Origin: Candidatus Levyibacteriota bacterium
GTDB taxonomy: Bacteria; Patescibacteriota; Microgenomatia; Levybacterales; UBA12049
Length of the DNA: 64,000 nt
Assembly (NCBI GenBank): GCA_030651475.1
Contig: JAUSEW010000027.1
Location: forward strand, 173,614-237,613
Reading direction: 5' to 3'
The notes under the pieces were generated by a model. That model did no database searches, was not told where the DNA came from, and was given only the letters and a program-made list of their open reading frames with translations. Position 1 is the first letter of the stretch. Every line of letters begins with the position of its first letter. The translations under genes were made by a program, and so were the position numbers. Positions 33,023 through 42,618 of the stretch are shown here, in pieces.

Positions 33023-34276
33023 TTATAAAGATTTTATATTTTTTTCAATTTGCAATAATCTATTATATTTCGCTATTCTTTCTCCTCTTGCTAAGCCTCC
33101 GAACTTAACGTAATCAGCAGAAATAGCCGTAGCAAAATCCGCAATAAAATCATCATTTGTTTCCCCTGTTCTTCCTGACACAATAAGTTTTAATCCCGAA
33201 TGTCTTGCCATTTCGGAAACAGCAAGAGCTTCGGTAACGGTTCCGATTTGACCTAATTTTATGACAATTGCCGTAGCAGATTTTTTATCCAATACCATCT
33301 GGAGCCGATAGGGATTTGTAGATATTAAATCAGATCCGGCTATAATAGCTTGGTTTGATATGTTGGTATTTATATCTGCCCAACCATCCCAGTCATCAGA
33401 AGCGAAAGGGTCTTCAAGATACAGCAAATCAAATTCTTTTTTTAGCTCTAAATAATATGAAGTGAGATCGTGGGAAGAAAAAGACATTGAGGCGTCTTTT
33501 AGTAAATATTTTCCATTATTCCAGAAAGTTGATGCTCGGGAGTTTAATCCGAAAAAAGCATCAAATCCTATTTTCTGCGTCGTTTTATCAATAGCTTCTT
33601 TGATGAGAACAAGACCATCCCTATTGGATGCTATGTTAGGACTAAATCCCCCAATGTCTGAGATAAGAGAAGATAAATTATGGGATTCCAAGACGTCTCT
33701 TAACGACTTGAAAATAGATGTACCCATCAGAAGCGATTCTTGTAGCGATTTTGAGGAGGCAGGTACGATTAAAAATTCCGAAAAATTCATTTTCCCCATA
33801 TTGCTCTTGGCAATAAGAGTGAAAATAGGGGTTGGAATTTTAAGGCCTAAATTCTCTTTTTGAATAAATTCCCTAAGATAAAGAAAAAGAGGAAGTACAG
33901 AGCTTACGGATGAAGCCTTGGCAACAGCCATTGATACCGAAAGCATTGCATTTGCACCAAGTCTGGACTTATTTTGCGTTCCGTCTAGGCCAATCATTAT
34001 TCTATCTACTTCTTGTTGTCCCGATGAATCTTTTCCAATTAGGTTAGGTTTTATCTGATCCTCTATGTTTTTTACGGCAGTTAAGACACCTAGTCCATTA
34101 AAGCGGTTTTGATCGTGATCTTTTGCCTCCGCAGCCTCATAAATACCAGTTTGGCTATCGGTTGGACTGGACGCAGTTCCCGAAGATCCGTCGTTTAAAA
34201 CCACAGTCGTTTCAACCGTAGGAATTCCCAAAGAGTTAAGTATTTCTCTTGCGATGATATCTTTAATTTTCGCCAT
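33023..34276 (-). CDS. eno: enolase
   Basis: N-terminal AKIKDIIAREILNSLGIPTVE. Metal-binding and catalytic regions (SGETED-like, GQIGTVTEA). Confidence 0.9.
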   Translation of the reverse strand: MAKIKDIIAREILNSLGIPTVETTVVLNDGSSGTASSPTDSQTGIYEAAEAKDHDQNRFNGLGVLTAVKNIEDQIKPNLIGKDSSGQQEVDRIMIGLDGTQNKSRLGANAMLSVSMAVAKASSVSSVLPLFLYLREFIQKENLGLKIPTPIFTLIAKSNMGKMNFSEFLIVPASSKSLQESLLMGTSIFKSLRDVLESHNLSSLISDIGGFSPNIASNRDGLVLIKEAIDKTTQKIGFDAFFGLNSRASTFWNNGKYLLKDASMSFSSHDLTSYYLELKKEFDLLYLEDPFASDDWDGWADINTNISNQAIIAGSDLISTNPYRLQMVLDKKSATAIVIKLGQIGTVTEALAVSEMARHSGLKLIVSGRTGETNDDFIADFATAISADYVKFGGLARGERIAKYNRLLQIEKNIKSL

Positions 34277-34282
34277 ATTATC

Positions 34283-35341
34283 CTATGCGAAACTTCCTTT
34301 ATAAACTTCTCCCAAAGAGCAATTTATTGTGATTGCAATTCCATCTCTTAGTAATTTTGTAGCTACCTTCGTATCTGTTACGACAGGCATCGAGGATAAT
34401 TTAAGATATTTATGAATTTTATTTTTTTCTATTGTCCCATCAGTTACTAAACCTTTAGTTTTTAATAAAAATGGCAACATGTCCTCGCTAATAAAGGACG
34501 CTACAGCTATATCTCCACTTTTCAAATTATATATATCTTTTAGTGCAATTACTTTCTTAACAAAACCTGTTGTTACTCCCCGGCCAAAAGAAAAACCTTT
34601 CAGTAGGGGAGAGCGAAAAACTTTTTTATTAGCATTTTTAATAAATGTCATTGGTTTTATTTTAGTAAAATAAACTTTATTTTTATAGATAGACCAATTG
34701 ATTTCTTGAGGAAAATAAAGATGTTTTTTTAGCTTCCTTCCAAGCAGAACTAACTCCATAATTTGGCTATCGCTTATAGAGTATTTTGAAAGACTAAAAT
34801 CATCGGTAAGCATTACGCCCGATATGGAATTTTCCAAAACTTTTGAGACTACAATGGAGGGATATTTCTCCGGAGAAAAAATAGAGGACCAAATTAATTT
34901 TATTTTTTCCAGAAGAGTTGATTCACCTTTTATATTTTTTAAATTCTTACCAGATAAATGTTTATCGAAATATGAAATTTCCAAATTAACAGCGCTATCT
35001 TTTAATATTCCCCCAAGCTGTCTATATGCCTTAAATATCTTTTTGCTTAAATATTTCGATATCTGTCCGGCTAAAATGTATTTTTTTATATGCGCTGCAA
35101 CATCCTTTATCGATTTTGGATCATTGTAATTAATGCTGTTTAAAAGATGTTTTATTTTTATTTCAAGATTATTATATTTTAGAAACTCTGTATATGCATT
35201 TGAAGTTATAATAAACGCAGGCGGAAACGGAAAACCTAACCTTGCGAGATCTGCCAAATAAGCTGCTTTTGTTCCGACAAGATATTCGTCTTCAGCCTTT
35301 ACGTCGTCTAACCAAACTAATACGCTTGAGAAATCTTGCAT
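34283..35341 (-). CDS. truncated PEP-utilizing-enzyme family protein. It has the PPDK/PEP-synthase N-terminal nucleotide-binding domain plus a degenerate swivel domain, and lacks the PEP/pyruvate TIM-barrel
   Basis: VGTKAAYLADLARLGFPFPPAFIITSNAYTEFL is PPDK_N-like. The C-terminus resembles the mobile phosphohistidine domain, but the GGxTSH motif is degenerate. Confidence 0.6.
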   Translation of the reverse strand: MQDFSSVLVWLDDVKAEDEYLVGTKAAYLADLARLGFPFPPAFIITSNAYTEFLKYNNLEIKIKHLLNSINYNDPKSIKDVAAHIKKYILAGQISKYLSKKIFKAYRQLGGILKDSAVNLEISYFDKHLSGKNLKNIKGESTLLEKIKLIWSSIFSPEKYPSIVVSKVLENSISGVMLTDDFSLSKYSISDSQIMELVLLGRKLKKHLYFPQEINWSIYKNKVYFTKIKPMTFIKNANKKVFRSPLLKGFSFGRGVTTGFVKKVIALKDIYNLKSGDIAVASFISEDMLPFLLKTKGLVTDGTIEKNKIHKYLKLSSMPVVTDTKVATKLLRDGIAITINCSLGEVYKGSFA

Positions 35342-35383
35342 ACTATTTTATTATGGGGAGTTTTTAAAAATTTATCAAGAAGC

Positions 35384-36760
35384 CTAGGAAAAACTCTCTA
35401 TGTAATTAACGAGTTCGTTCTTTTTCTCTTCCATTGTTTTTTTATCGTAAGATTCTACGTTTAGCCTAAGAAGTGGCTCCGTGTTTGAAGTACGTAGTGA
35501 GAATCTCCAATTGGGATAGTTTATGGCAACACCGTCCAAAAGATCTAGTTTTCCATCCCCATACTTCTTTTTTGCGGCTTCGATAATGGAAGTAGCGTTG
35601 GAAACTTTAAAATTAATTTCACCAGATTCAAAACTTTTTTGTAAATCCTTTACCACTTCTGAGAATGGCTTTCCTAATTCACCCAAAACTTTTAATACGA
35701 CCAACATTATTGTTACTTGAGACTCAGCATTACCGGTTGCTTTGAAATAATAATGAGCAGAAGATTCTCCCGCAAATATAGCTCCTGTTTTCTCCATCTG
35801 TTCCGTAATAAACGCATGCCCGACTTTTGTTATCCCATATTTTCCTCCATTTTCCTCAATAACTTTTTTGGGAGTAAGGATATACCGAATGTCAAAAAGT
35901 ACTGTTGATCCCGGATATTCTTTTAGTAATTCTCTCGCGACAAGAGCTGTAATTACCGTTGGCGGTACAGCTTGCCCTTTCTCGTCAATAAAGAAAAGCC
36001 TATCTCCATCTCCATCAGGAGCAAGACCTAAATCCGCTTTCTCTTCCAAGACTCTTTTTTGCAAATCAACAAGATTTTTTGGTTGAAATGGATCCGGTTG
36101 ATGGACAGGAAATGTGCCATCCAGTTCAAAATTCATTCGTACCAAATCCGTAGGGTATTTTTCTACAAATGCATCAATATATGTTCCTCCCATCGCATTC
36201 GCAGGATCGGCTACTATTTTAAATTTTTTAATTCGCGGATTTCCTAAAATTTTAGCGGCGTTTTCGACTTCGTCTTCCAGGACATGGGTTTTTACAGCTA
36301 TTGCGCCTTTTTTATCTGTTGGCAAATCAACACCCGAAATTGCATAATTTTTAATATTCTCCATTCCGGTTTCTTTACCGATTTTGATTAATCCATTGGG
36401 GCTATACATAACAAACTTTGCCCCGTTGTATTCTTTCGGATTGTGGGAGGCAGTAATTTGAATTCCGCAATCATACTTATAATTAAATACCGCAAAATAA
36501 AACGTAGGAGTCGACATAAGACCCATATCTATAACGTTTGCGCCAAGAGATACTAAAGTTTCAATTGCAATTTTATAAAAAGCAGGGGAAGAGATACGCA
36601 TGTCTCTTGCCAGAGCTACGGTAAAATTTTCTTTATCTATTTTCGTAGTGAAAAATTTATAAATAGCCTTTATGATTTCAGATATATTTTTCTCGTTTAT
36701 TTGGTCGGGGTAGATAGCACGGATATCGTATGATTTAAAAATACTAGGATTAATATTCAT
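35384..36760 (-). CDS. phosphoglucomutase/phosphomannomutase (alpha-D-phosphohexomutase)
   Basis: Active-site ITASHNPKEYNG. Metal-binding APDGDGDRL. Sugar-binding GESSAH. Confidence 0.9.
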   Translation of the reverse strand: MNINPSIFKSYDIRAIYPDQINEKNISEIIKAIYKFFTTKIDKENFTVALARDMRISSPAFYKIAIETLVSLGANVIDMGLMSTPTFYFAVFNYKYDCGIQITASHNPKEYNGAKFVMYSPNGLIKIGKETGMENIKNYAISGVDLPTDKKGAIAVKTHVLEDEVENAAKILGNPRIKKFKIVADPANAMGGTYIDAFVEKYPTDLVRMNFELDGTFPVHQPDPFQPKNLVDLQKRVLEEKADLGLAPDGDGDRLFFIDEKGQAVPPTVITALVARELLKEYPGSTVLFDIRYILTPKKVIEENGGKYGITKVGHAFITEQMEKTGAIFAGESSAHYYFKATGNAESQVTIMLVVLKVLGELGKPFSEVVKDLQKSFESGEINFKVSNATSIIEAAKKKYGDGKLDLLDGVAINYPNWRFSLRTSNTEPLLRLNVESYDKKTMEEKKNELVNYIESFS

Positions 36761-36769
36761 TTTTTTATC

Positions 36770-37462
36770 TTATATTCCGAGAAGGAAAAAGTCAATGGAT
36801 TGGATAAGCGATAGTGACGAGCTTCCTGTTTTTTGAGCAAGGTCTATATAATAAAGTTTCTGGTATATACTTTTCAATTGTTCTTTGGAAAAATAACTTG
36901 CCTGCTTTTTCAATTTACCTTCTTGCCAGGGTGCCAAACGCGATAGTTCCTCTATGGGAGTTTTTGCTTTACTTGATACTGCTATTAAAAATCTAAATTG
37001 TCGGACTAACATAAAAAGTAGAATTTCCGGTTCAGAAGCCTGCAGTGCCTGATGGAATAAATCAATAGCTCTTACGCCGATATTGGGTTTTAATGAATCT
37101 AGGAATAAGAAAATTGCTTGAGGAATCTTGAAAGTTTTTACAAGCGCATTTTTAAATAATGATAGTGTCCTTTTGGAAATTTCTTTTCTCTCCCAAAAAA
37201 ATAATTTCGCATCTTCTTCATGCTTACTTACGAACGCTATGATTTCTTTGGCGTTAACATCAAGTTTTCCAGCTTTGGATAAAAAGTTTTCAATAAATAT
37301 AGTTTTTGTGTCGTTAAAAAGCGCAGACCCTTCTATGTTTTGGGCAAAATCAGATAAAGCTGCTTCCGCTTCCAAAGCAACAAATTCTTTGATATTTTCT
37401 TTTTGCTCCTGAAGATATTTTCTGGATGCCACAATGTCATCTCCGTGAATGATGGTAATCAT
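36770..37462 (-). CDS. holA: possible DNA polymerase III delta subunit (HolA), short form
   Basis: N-terminal MITIIHGDD and overall helical AAA+-lid-like pattern. Weak similarity only. Confidence 0.35.
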   Translation of the reverse strand: MITIIHGDDIVASRKYLQEQKENIKEFVALEAEAALSDFAQNIEGSALFNDTKTIFIENFLSKAGKLDVNAKEIIAFVSKHEEDAKLFFWERKEISKRTLSLFKNALVKTFKIPQAIFLFLDSLKPNIGVRAIDLFHQALQASEPEILLFMLVRQFRFLIAVSSKAKTPIEELSRLAPWQEGKLKKQASYFSKEQLKSIYQKLYYIDLAQKTGSSSLSLIQSIDFFLLGI

Positions 37463-37833
37463 ATTTTGCTCTTGTATTCTTCAAATAATTTGTTTACGAG
37501 CGAACCGATGTGCCGGCTTCTATTTCTGTGCGGGAGAAGCGCGCCTGAAAAGTTTTTTGGAATATGTAATAGTTCATGGATTAACACTTTTTTCTTTTCG
37601 TCATCGCTAAGTTTATCAAAATGACTAGACAAAACCTCAATTACGTATGCCGGTTTTATATTTAGGACTGTTTGGAAAATTTTAGGGAACGACCAAATTC
37701 TGGCATACGATCTTGATTTGGAACCATTTGTTCTGTAGCAAAATATTCTGGAGCAATTAACATGGGGGAAATCCAAAACGCTGATTAAAGCTTTGATTAA
37801 TTTTCGTACATCTTTTGCCTCCATCCACTCCAT
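37459..37833 (-). CDS. YgjP/DUF45-like predicted zinc-dependent hydrolase. Start at MEWMEAK to avoid overlap
   Basis: VLIHELLHIPKNFSGALLPH resembles the HExxHxxxxNHS motif of DUF45/YgjP. Confidence 0.4.
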   Translation of the reverse strand: MEWMEAKDVRKLIKALISVLDFPHVNCSRIFCYRTNGSKSRSYARIWSFPKIFQTVLNIKPAYVIEVLSSHFDKLSDDEKKKVLIHELLHIPKNFSGALLPHRNRSRHIGSLVNKLFEEYKSKI

Positions 37834-37837
37834 ATTT

Positions 37838-38353
37838 TTATGTATGTTTGTCTGCAACGTATGATGCTCCGTAAGCTTCCGGTTTGGTCTTGGCAACGAA
37901 TCCATTTCCCGTTACCATTCCTACCACTTCTTTTATCATATCACGGGTATCTCCGTGTTCTCCAACATCAATATGAATCTCAAGATTATAACGCGGAGAG
38001 TGTCCATTTAGACTTTTTTTAAGAAGCGGAACAAAACCCGTCGCAAATGTAAGAGAACTCATTGTTTCGGCGTAAATTTTTTCTCTTAAACTATGTATGT
38101 CCGACATCTCATTGCTTTTCCAAAAATATTTCCCTCCGAATCCTTGGCGATGTACCAAAACCGCAGTTACAAGATTAATATGAGTTCTGGTTTTTCCAAA
38201 CCCGTTTTTCTCTCTCGAATCCGTTCCAATAACGAGACTGTACGTCGCATTCGGCTCTTCCTCAAGAAATGTCTTTATTATTTTTATTACCTCTTCTGTC
38301 TCCAAAACTCCGTGAGTAAAACTTTGCAATAAATTCTCTGAAGGTTTATCCAT
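37838..38353 (-). CDS. hypothetical protein, possibly YkuK/DUF458-like RNase H-fold
   Basis: About 171 aa with an LVIGTDSRE motif. Assignment is tentative. Confidence 0.3.
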   Translation of the reverse strand: MDKPSENLLQSFTHGVLETEEVIKIIKTFLEEEPNATYSLVIGTDSREKNGFGKTRTHINLVTAVLVHRQGFGGKYFWKSNEMSDIHSLREKIYAETMSSLTFATGFVPLLKKSLNGHSPRYNLEIHIDVGEHGDTRDMIKEVVGMVTGNGFVAKTKPEAYGASYVADKHT

Positions 38354-38383
38354 ATATTATTTGGGGATATAATTATATCACAA

Positions 38384-39547
38384 TCAATTTCTAAAAAGCC
38401 ACTTCATGAAAGATTTAATTATATTAAGCTCCGACGCGTATATCGTAGATACGTTACTTGAATCTTCGTGTAAAAATCTTTTTTTTGTCAGATTTTCTTC
38501 TTGGAGATTTTGATTATCTTGAACCAGTAATTTTCCCGGTAATGCCGGTTGTCCTTTATTTTTAGGAATCGCCTGGAAAGATTTATATTCTTCGTTGGGA
38601 TTATTATTTTTATCCAAAAAGGAAAATTGTAAAAATGGTTCAGCTTGAGCGCTAAACAAAAACGGTGTAACTGCTACTATACCATTATCTGACCAAACAT
38701 TGGTAAATGCATCCTTGTAAAAAGAAGCGGATACGTTATCCGAGATTTTGTTTTTGGACCAACCTGTTTCCGTAATAAATACCGGCAGAATTCTTCCCGA
38801 CAGACCATAAATCATATCCCTTTCATATCTAAAACTCGCTACGCCTGTAAGACTGTTACTCCTGGGACTTTGGCTAAATCCGGGGTTAGGATAAGCGTGA
38901 CTGGCGAATCCATCTATAGCGCTGAATATATTAGGATTTTCATCAGACATTCTTTTCAAAAACGTGTATTCGTTTATGCTTTCTTTGGAATTTTGGGCAG
39001 CATTATCAAGTCCTGCGGAGATAATAAAAAAATCCTGATTTCTTGATTTGAATGCAGATGCGGCAAAGTCAAGTATTTGGGCGTACTCTTGCGGACTTGA
39101 ACTGCCGCCCCATTCGTCGTTTCTGTTAGGTTCGTTAAATACGACAATATATCTATTTTTGATTGGCCAGTCCAAAGAGTTAAGAAAGTTTGCAAAATCA
39201 ACTACATCTTCCTCTGTAGGCTTTTGCCAAAATTTTGTTTGAAAATAGTCCCCGGCAGTAGCAAGACGTATTATTGGGATAAGATGCAAGCTAGCTGCTT
39301 TATCCATAAATTTCTGCCACTTCTCTAAATCTCTATCTCCCGCCTGAATGGGAATAGTCACATAGCCCCAATCTCCGCCTGTTGAATTAACAAGTCGTGA
39401 CGCATCGTCAATTTCGGAAGGGAACAAGATATGAATTCCAAATTTATTATTTTGACTTGCAAGAGGATCAACTACCGCATCTGCCACATTAACATTCAAA
39501 ACGGTTATTGTAATGGCTAAAATAGCAGCTAAAATTAATTTTTTCAT
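38384..39547 (-). CDS. secreted glycoside hydrolase, clan GH-A (GH5-like) TIM-barrel
   Basis: Signal peptide MKKLILAAILAITITVLNVNVADA. Acid/base VFNEPN and nucleophile FITETGW motifs. Confidence 0.6.
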   Translation of the reverse strand: MKKLILAAILAITITVLNVNVADAVVDPLASQNNKFGIHILFPSEIDDASRLVNSTGGDWGYVTIPIQAGDRDLEKWQKFMDKAASLHLIPIIRLATAGDYFQTKFWQKPTEEDVVDFANFLNSLDWPIKNRYIVVFNEPNRNDEWGGSSSPQEYAQILDFAASAFKSRNQDFFIISAGLDNAAQNSKESINEYTFLKRMSDENPNIFSAIDGFASHAYPNPGFSQSPRSNSLTGVASFRYERDMIYGLSGRILPVFITETGWSKNKISDNVSASFYKDAFTNVWSDNGIVAVTPFLFSAQAEPFLQFSFLDKNNNPNEEYKSFQAIPKNKGQPALPGKLLVQDNQNLQEENLTKKRFLHEDSSNVSTIYASELNIIKSFMKWLFRN

Positions 39548-39582
39548 GCAGTATATTATACACCCAAAAAGCCAGCAGAAAT

Positions 39583-40761
39583 CTAAATTATGAAGCCCAA
39601 GATGAGAAGAATTTTTCTTAAAGAATGTTTTGATATATTTTTGCGTTTTTCAAAAATCAAAGAAAGAACGGCAGGAGTATTCATATCATTATTCATTAAG
39701 TTTATGAATTTAGTCATATAAGCTTTATCAATCTTCGGATCCTTATTCGAATTTTCTTTTACTATATTCTCAATTATTGTCCAGCTTTTTTCAGCCAAAA
39801 TTATATCATTTTCATAAAATTCCCAAGGCTTCCTGTAATGATGAGAAAGGAGCATCCATTTTATTGCGTTTGAAGAATATTTACGTAAAAGATTAGATAC
39901 CATTACGAGATTACCTAGAGATTTGGACATTTTCTTTCCACGATACGACACGAAAGAAGTATGTGCCCAATATTTGGCAAAAGGTATTTTGTGGCTTGCT
40001 CCTTCCGATTGAGCAATTTCACTTTCATGATGAGGATAAATTAGGTCAATTCCCCCTCCATGAATGTCGATTTGATCGCCTAGTGAAAACATGGACATTG
40101 CAGAACATTCTATGTGCCAACCCGGTCTTCCCGGACCAAAAGGGCTTTCGAAGGAGGGGATATGTTTGGATTGACCTGAAGAGATCGCTCTCCATAATGT
40201 AATATCCAGAGGATGTCTCTTATCGAGATTTTCTATATCTTCGTCGAACTCTTTAGCCAATTTCATCATCTGTAAAGCATTTAATTTGGATAGTTTTCCA
40301 AAATCTTTCTTCTTTGAAATATCAAAATAAACGTTCCCGTTTTTCTTGTAAGCAAAACCATTATCTAATAATTTTTGGATTAAATTTATCATTGAAGGAA
40401 TATTCTCGGAAGCTTTAATATAATTTGTTGGCATAATCCAATTAAGGCTCTTCATGTCGTCCAAAAAACGTTTGGTCCAGAAATCTGCTAATTTTTGCCA
40501 AGGAATATTTTGTTCTTTTGCACGCTCAAGGATATCTTTATCTCTATCATTGATATCGGTTACGTTTTGCGTATACGTAACTTTATGTCCTTTAAACGTT
40601 AGATATCTTACGAGGACGTCGTAAGAAATATATGCAAAAGCATGACCAAGATGAGTTGTGTCGTATGGGGTAATACCGCAGACGTAAATTTTGACCTCTT
40701 TATTTTTCAGCGGAGAAAATATCTCTTTTTTTCTTGAAAGCGAATTGTATATTTTGAGCAT
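39583..40761 (-). CDS. cysS: cysteine--tRNA ligase (short, reduced anticodon-binding region)
   Basis: YVCGITPYDTTHLGHAFAY (HIGH). KMSKSLGN. Zn-binding Cys/His positions. Confidence 0.9.
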   Translation of the reverse strand: MLKIYNSLSRKKEIFSPLKNKEVKIYVCGITPYDTTHLGHAFAYISYDVLVRYLTFKGHKVTYTQNVTDINDRDKDILERAKEQNIPWQKLADFWTKRFLDDMKSLNWIMPTNYIKASENIPSMINLIQKLLDNGFAYKKNGNVYFDISKKKDFGKLSKLNALQMMKLAKEFDEDIENLDKRHPLDITLWRAISSGQSKHIPSFESPFGPGRPGWHIECSAMSMFSLGDQIDIHGGGIDLIYPHHESEIAQSEGASHKIPFAKYWAHTSFVSYRGKKMSKSLGNLVMVSNLLRKYSSNAIKWMLLSHHYRKPWEFYENDIILAEKSWTIIENIVKENSNKDPKIDKAYMTKFINLMNNDMNTPAVLSLIFEKRKNISKHSLRKILLILGFII

Positions 40762-40800
40762 AAAATTTATTTTACCATATTGATGTATAATTAATTTGAA

Positions 40801-41952
40801 ATGCTTAAGAAGCTAATATTGATATTTTTGTCGTGGCGGATATTTTTATTTATTCCTCTTATTGCAAGTAATTATTTCTTGCATCCAAGAGAAGGCTTTG
40901 GATATACCTTAACATTGCATTTCCTAAGCGATAATAGTCCTATATCTAACTTTTTTTTATATCCCTGGGGAAATTTTGACGGCATATATTATTTACTTAT
41001 TGCCGCACAAGGCTATACTGTAAACGCAGGATTTTTTCCGCTTTTCCCTTTATCCATAAAAATTGCAAGTTCAATTTTCGGTCCGTCAGCTGACGGATTA
41101 CCATTCGATCCGCGACAATATTTTACCGCCTTAATTCTTATCTCCACCTACTTCTTTTTAGCTATTGTTGTTATGTATAAATTAATTTTAATTGATTTTA
41201 AGAAAAATATAGCATTTTGGAGTATTATTTTTATGTTGGTTTTTCCAACTTCTTTTTTCTTTGCTAGCATATATTCCGAGAGCTTATTTTTACTTCTAAC
41301 TTTACTTTGTTTTTATTTCGCCAGAAAGAAAAAGTGGCTTACGGCTTCAATATTCGGAGCCTTACTTACCGCAACGCGAGTTGTCGGTATTGCTATAATT
41401 CCTGCTTTATTATTTGAGTTTCTAAAAACAGAAAAAACCTTTTTTAAGGTAAAAGCTTTGTCGCTAATTTTAACTACGTTAGGAATACTAAGCTACATGT
41501 GGTTTAATTTCATTAAGTGGGGAAATGCTTTATATTTTGTTCAGGCTCAAGGCAATTTACAGAATAATAGAACAGTAAATTCAATAGTACTTTTTCCTCA
41601 AACAATATATAGATATGCAAAAATTCTCACAAGTGTTTCGGTGGCTCAATACGAATGGTGGATAGCGCTTCTTGAAATTTCTGTATTTATTTTTGCCGCA
41701 ACATTGCTTTTTGTCGCATGGAAAAAGAAAATAAGATTCTCTTATATTTTGTTTTCCATAATCGCACTTCTTATCCCGGCATCTACGGGTACATTCAGCG
41801 CTCTTCCAAGATACGTTTTAATACTTTTCCCAATTTTTATCGGGCTTGCTCTTGTGAGAAATAAAACTGTGAAAATTTCTTATACTATTATTGGTTTAAT
41901 CTTGCTATTTATTTTATTTATGCTGTTCTCAAAGGGGTATTTCGTTGGATAA
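40801..41952 (+). CDS. polytopic membrane protein, putative glycosyltransferase/polymerase (EpsG/DUF2029-like)
   Basis: About 11 TM helices, GYTVNAGFFPLFPL loop. No strong motif. Confidence 0.3.
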   Translation: MLKKLILIFLSWRIFLFIPLIASNYFLHPREGFGYTLTLHFLSDNSPISNFFLYPWGNFDGIYYLLIAAQGYTVNAGFFPLFPLSIKIASSIFGPSADGLPFDPRQYFTALILISTYFFLAIVVMYKLILIDFKKNIAFWSIIFMLVFPTSFFFASIYSESLFLLLTLLCFYFARKKKWLTASIFGALLTATRVVGIAIIPALLFEFLKTEKTFFKVKALSLILTTLGILSYMWFNFIKWGNALYFVQAQGNLQNNRTVNSIVLFPQTIYRYAKILTSVSVAQYEWWIALLEISVFIFAATLLFVAWKKKIRFSYILFSIIALLIPASTGTFSALPRYVLILFPIFIGLALVRNKTVKISYTIIGLILLFILFMLFSKGYFVG

Positions 41953-41964
41953 GTAGTTTTCGAC

Positions 41965-42522
41965 TTAAGCTATTCCGGCCTTCTTTGATCTTTGCAGAAT
42001 TTCCAAAAATGATATTACGGCAAGTAAGGACATTGCCAAGAACAAATATTCAAAACCAAGCTTTGCGACAATTAATCCTCCTAACATAGTTCCTACAGCA
42101 GTAACAATGTTTGCAATTAGCCTCCAATCGGCATATTCCTGAACATGATGGTTTTTATCTAAGTGTTCTGCGAAAATTGCACTAAACGATGGCGATCCCA
42201 AAGCCTCGCCAATACCTAAAAATATCTGTAGAGCTATTAATTGAGGTATGTTACCGACGAATATATAACTTAACCAAACAATCGCTCTTACTATAAAACT
42301 TGCCATAAGCATGTCATCTTTTCGTATTTTGTCACCAACACGGGAAATTAAAAATGTGAATAGTGTAGTTGAGATAAGAAATGCTGTCCAGGATATGCTT
42401 ATTGCTAAAACTCCATCTGCAAATTTCTGGACAAACACGGCATATAAAGGGCCTAGGAGGCTGTCTGCGAATACGAAAATTCCATTAGATATAAATAAAA
42501 TTTTAAGCGCTCCGTCTTTCAT
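41965..42522 (-). CDS. half-size (6-TM) MFS-like transporter protein
   Basis: MFS motif-A-like loop SRVGDKIRKDDML between TM2 and TM3. Only 185 aa, with no partner half adjacent. Confidence 0.4.
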   Translation of the reverse strand: MKDGALKILFISNGIFVFADSLLGPLYAVFVQKFADGVLAISISWTAFLISTTLFTFLISRVGDKIRKDDMLMASFIVRAIVWLSYIFVGNIPQLIALQIFLGIGEALGSPSFSAIFAEHLDKNHHVQEYADWRLIANIVTAVGTMLGGLIVAKLGFEYLFLAMSLLAVISFLEILQRSKKAGIA

Positions 42523-42584
42523 TTTTGGTTACTTATTTAACAGTACATTAAAAAGGAAATGTTAGCAAGAAAAATAAAATAGCC

Positions 42585-42611
42585 TTGACAAAATAGAAGA
42601 GATGGTATAGA
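42585..42611 (+). promoter_or_regulatory. sigma70-like promoter TTGACA-N15-TGgTATAGA. The guaB ATG lies 7 nt downstream (leaderless)
   Basis: Seen directly. Confidence 0.4.
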
Positions 42612-42618
42612 GTTAATT

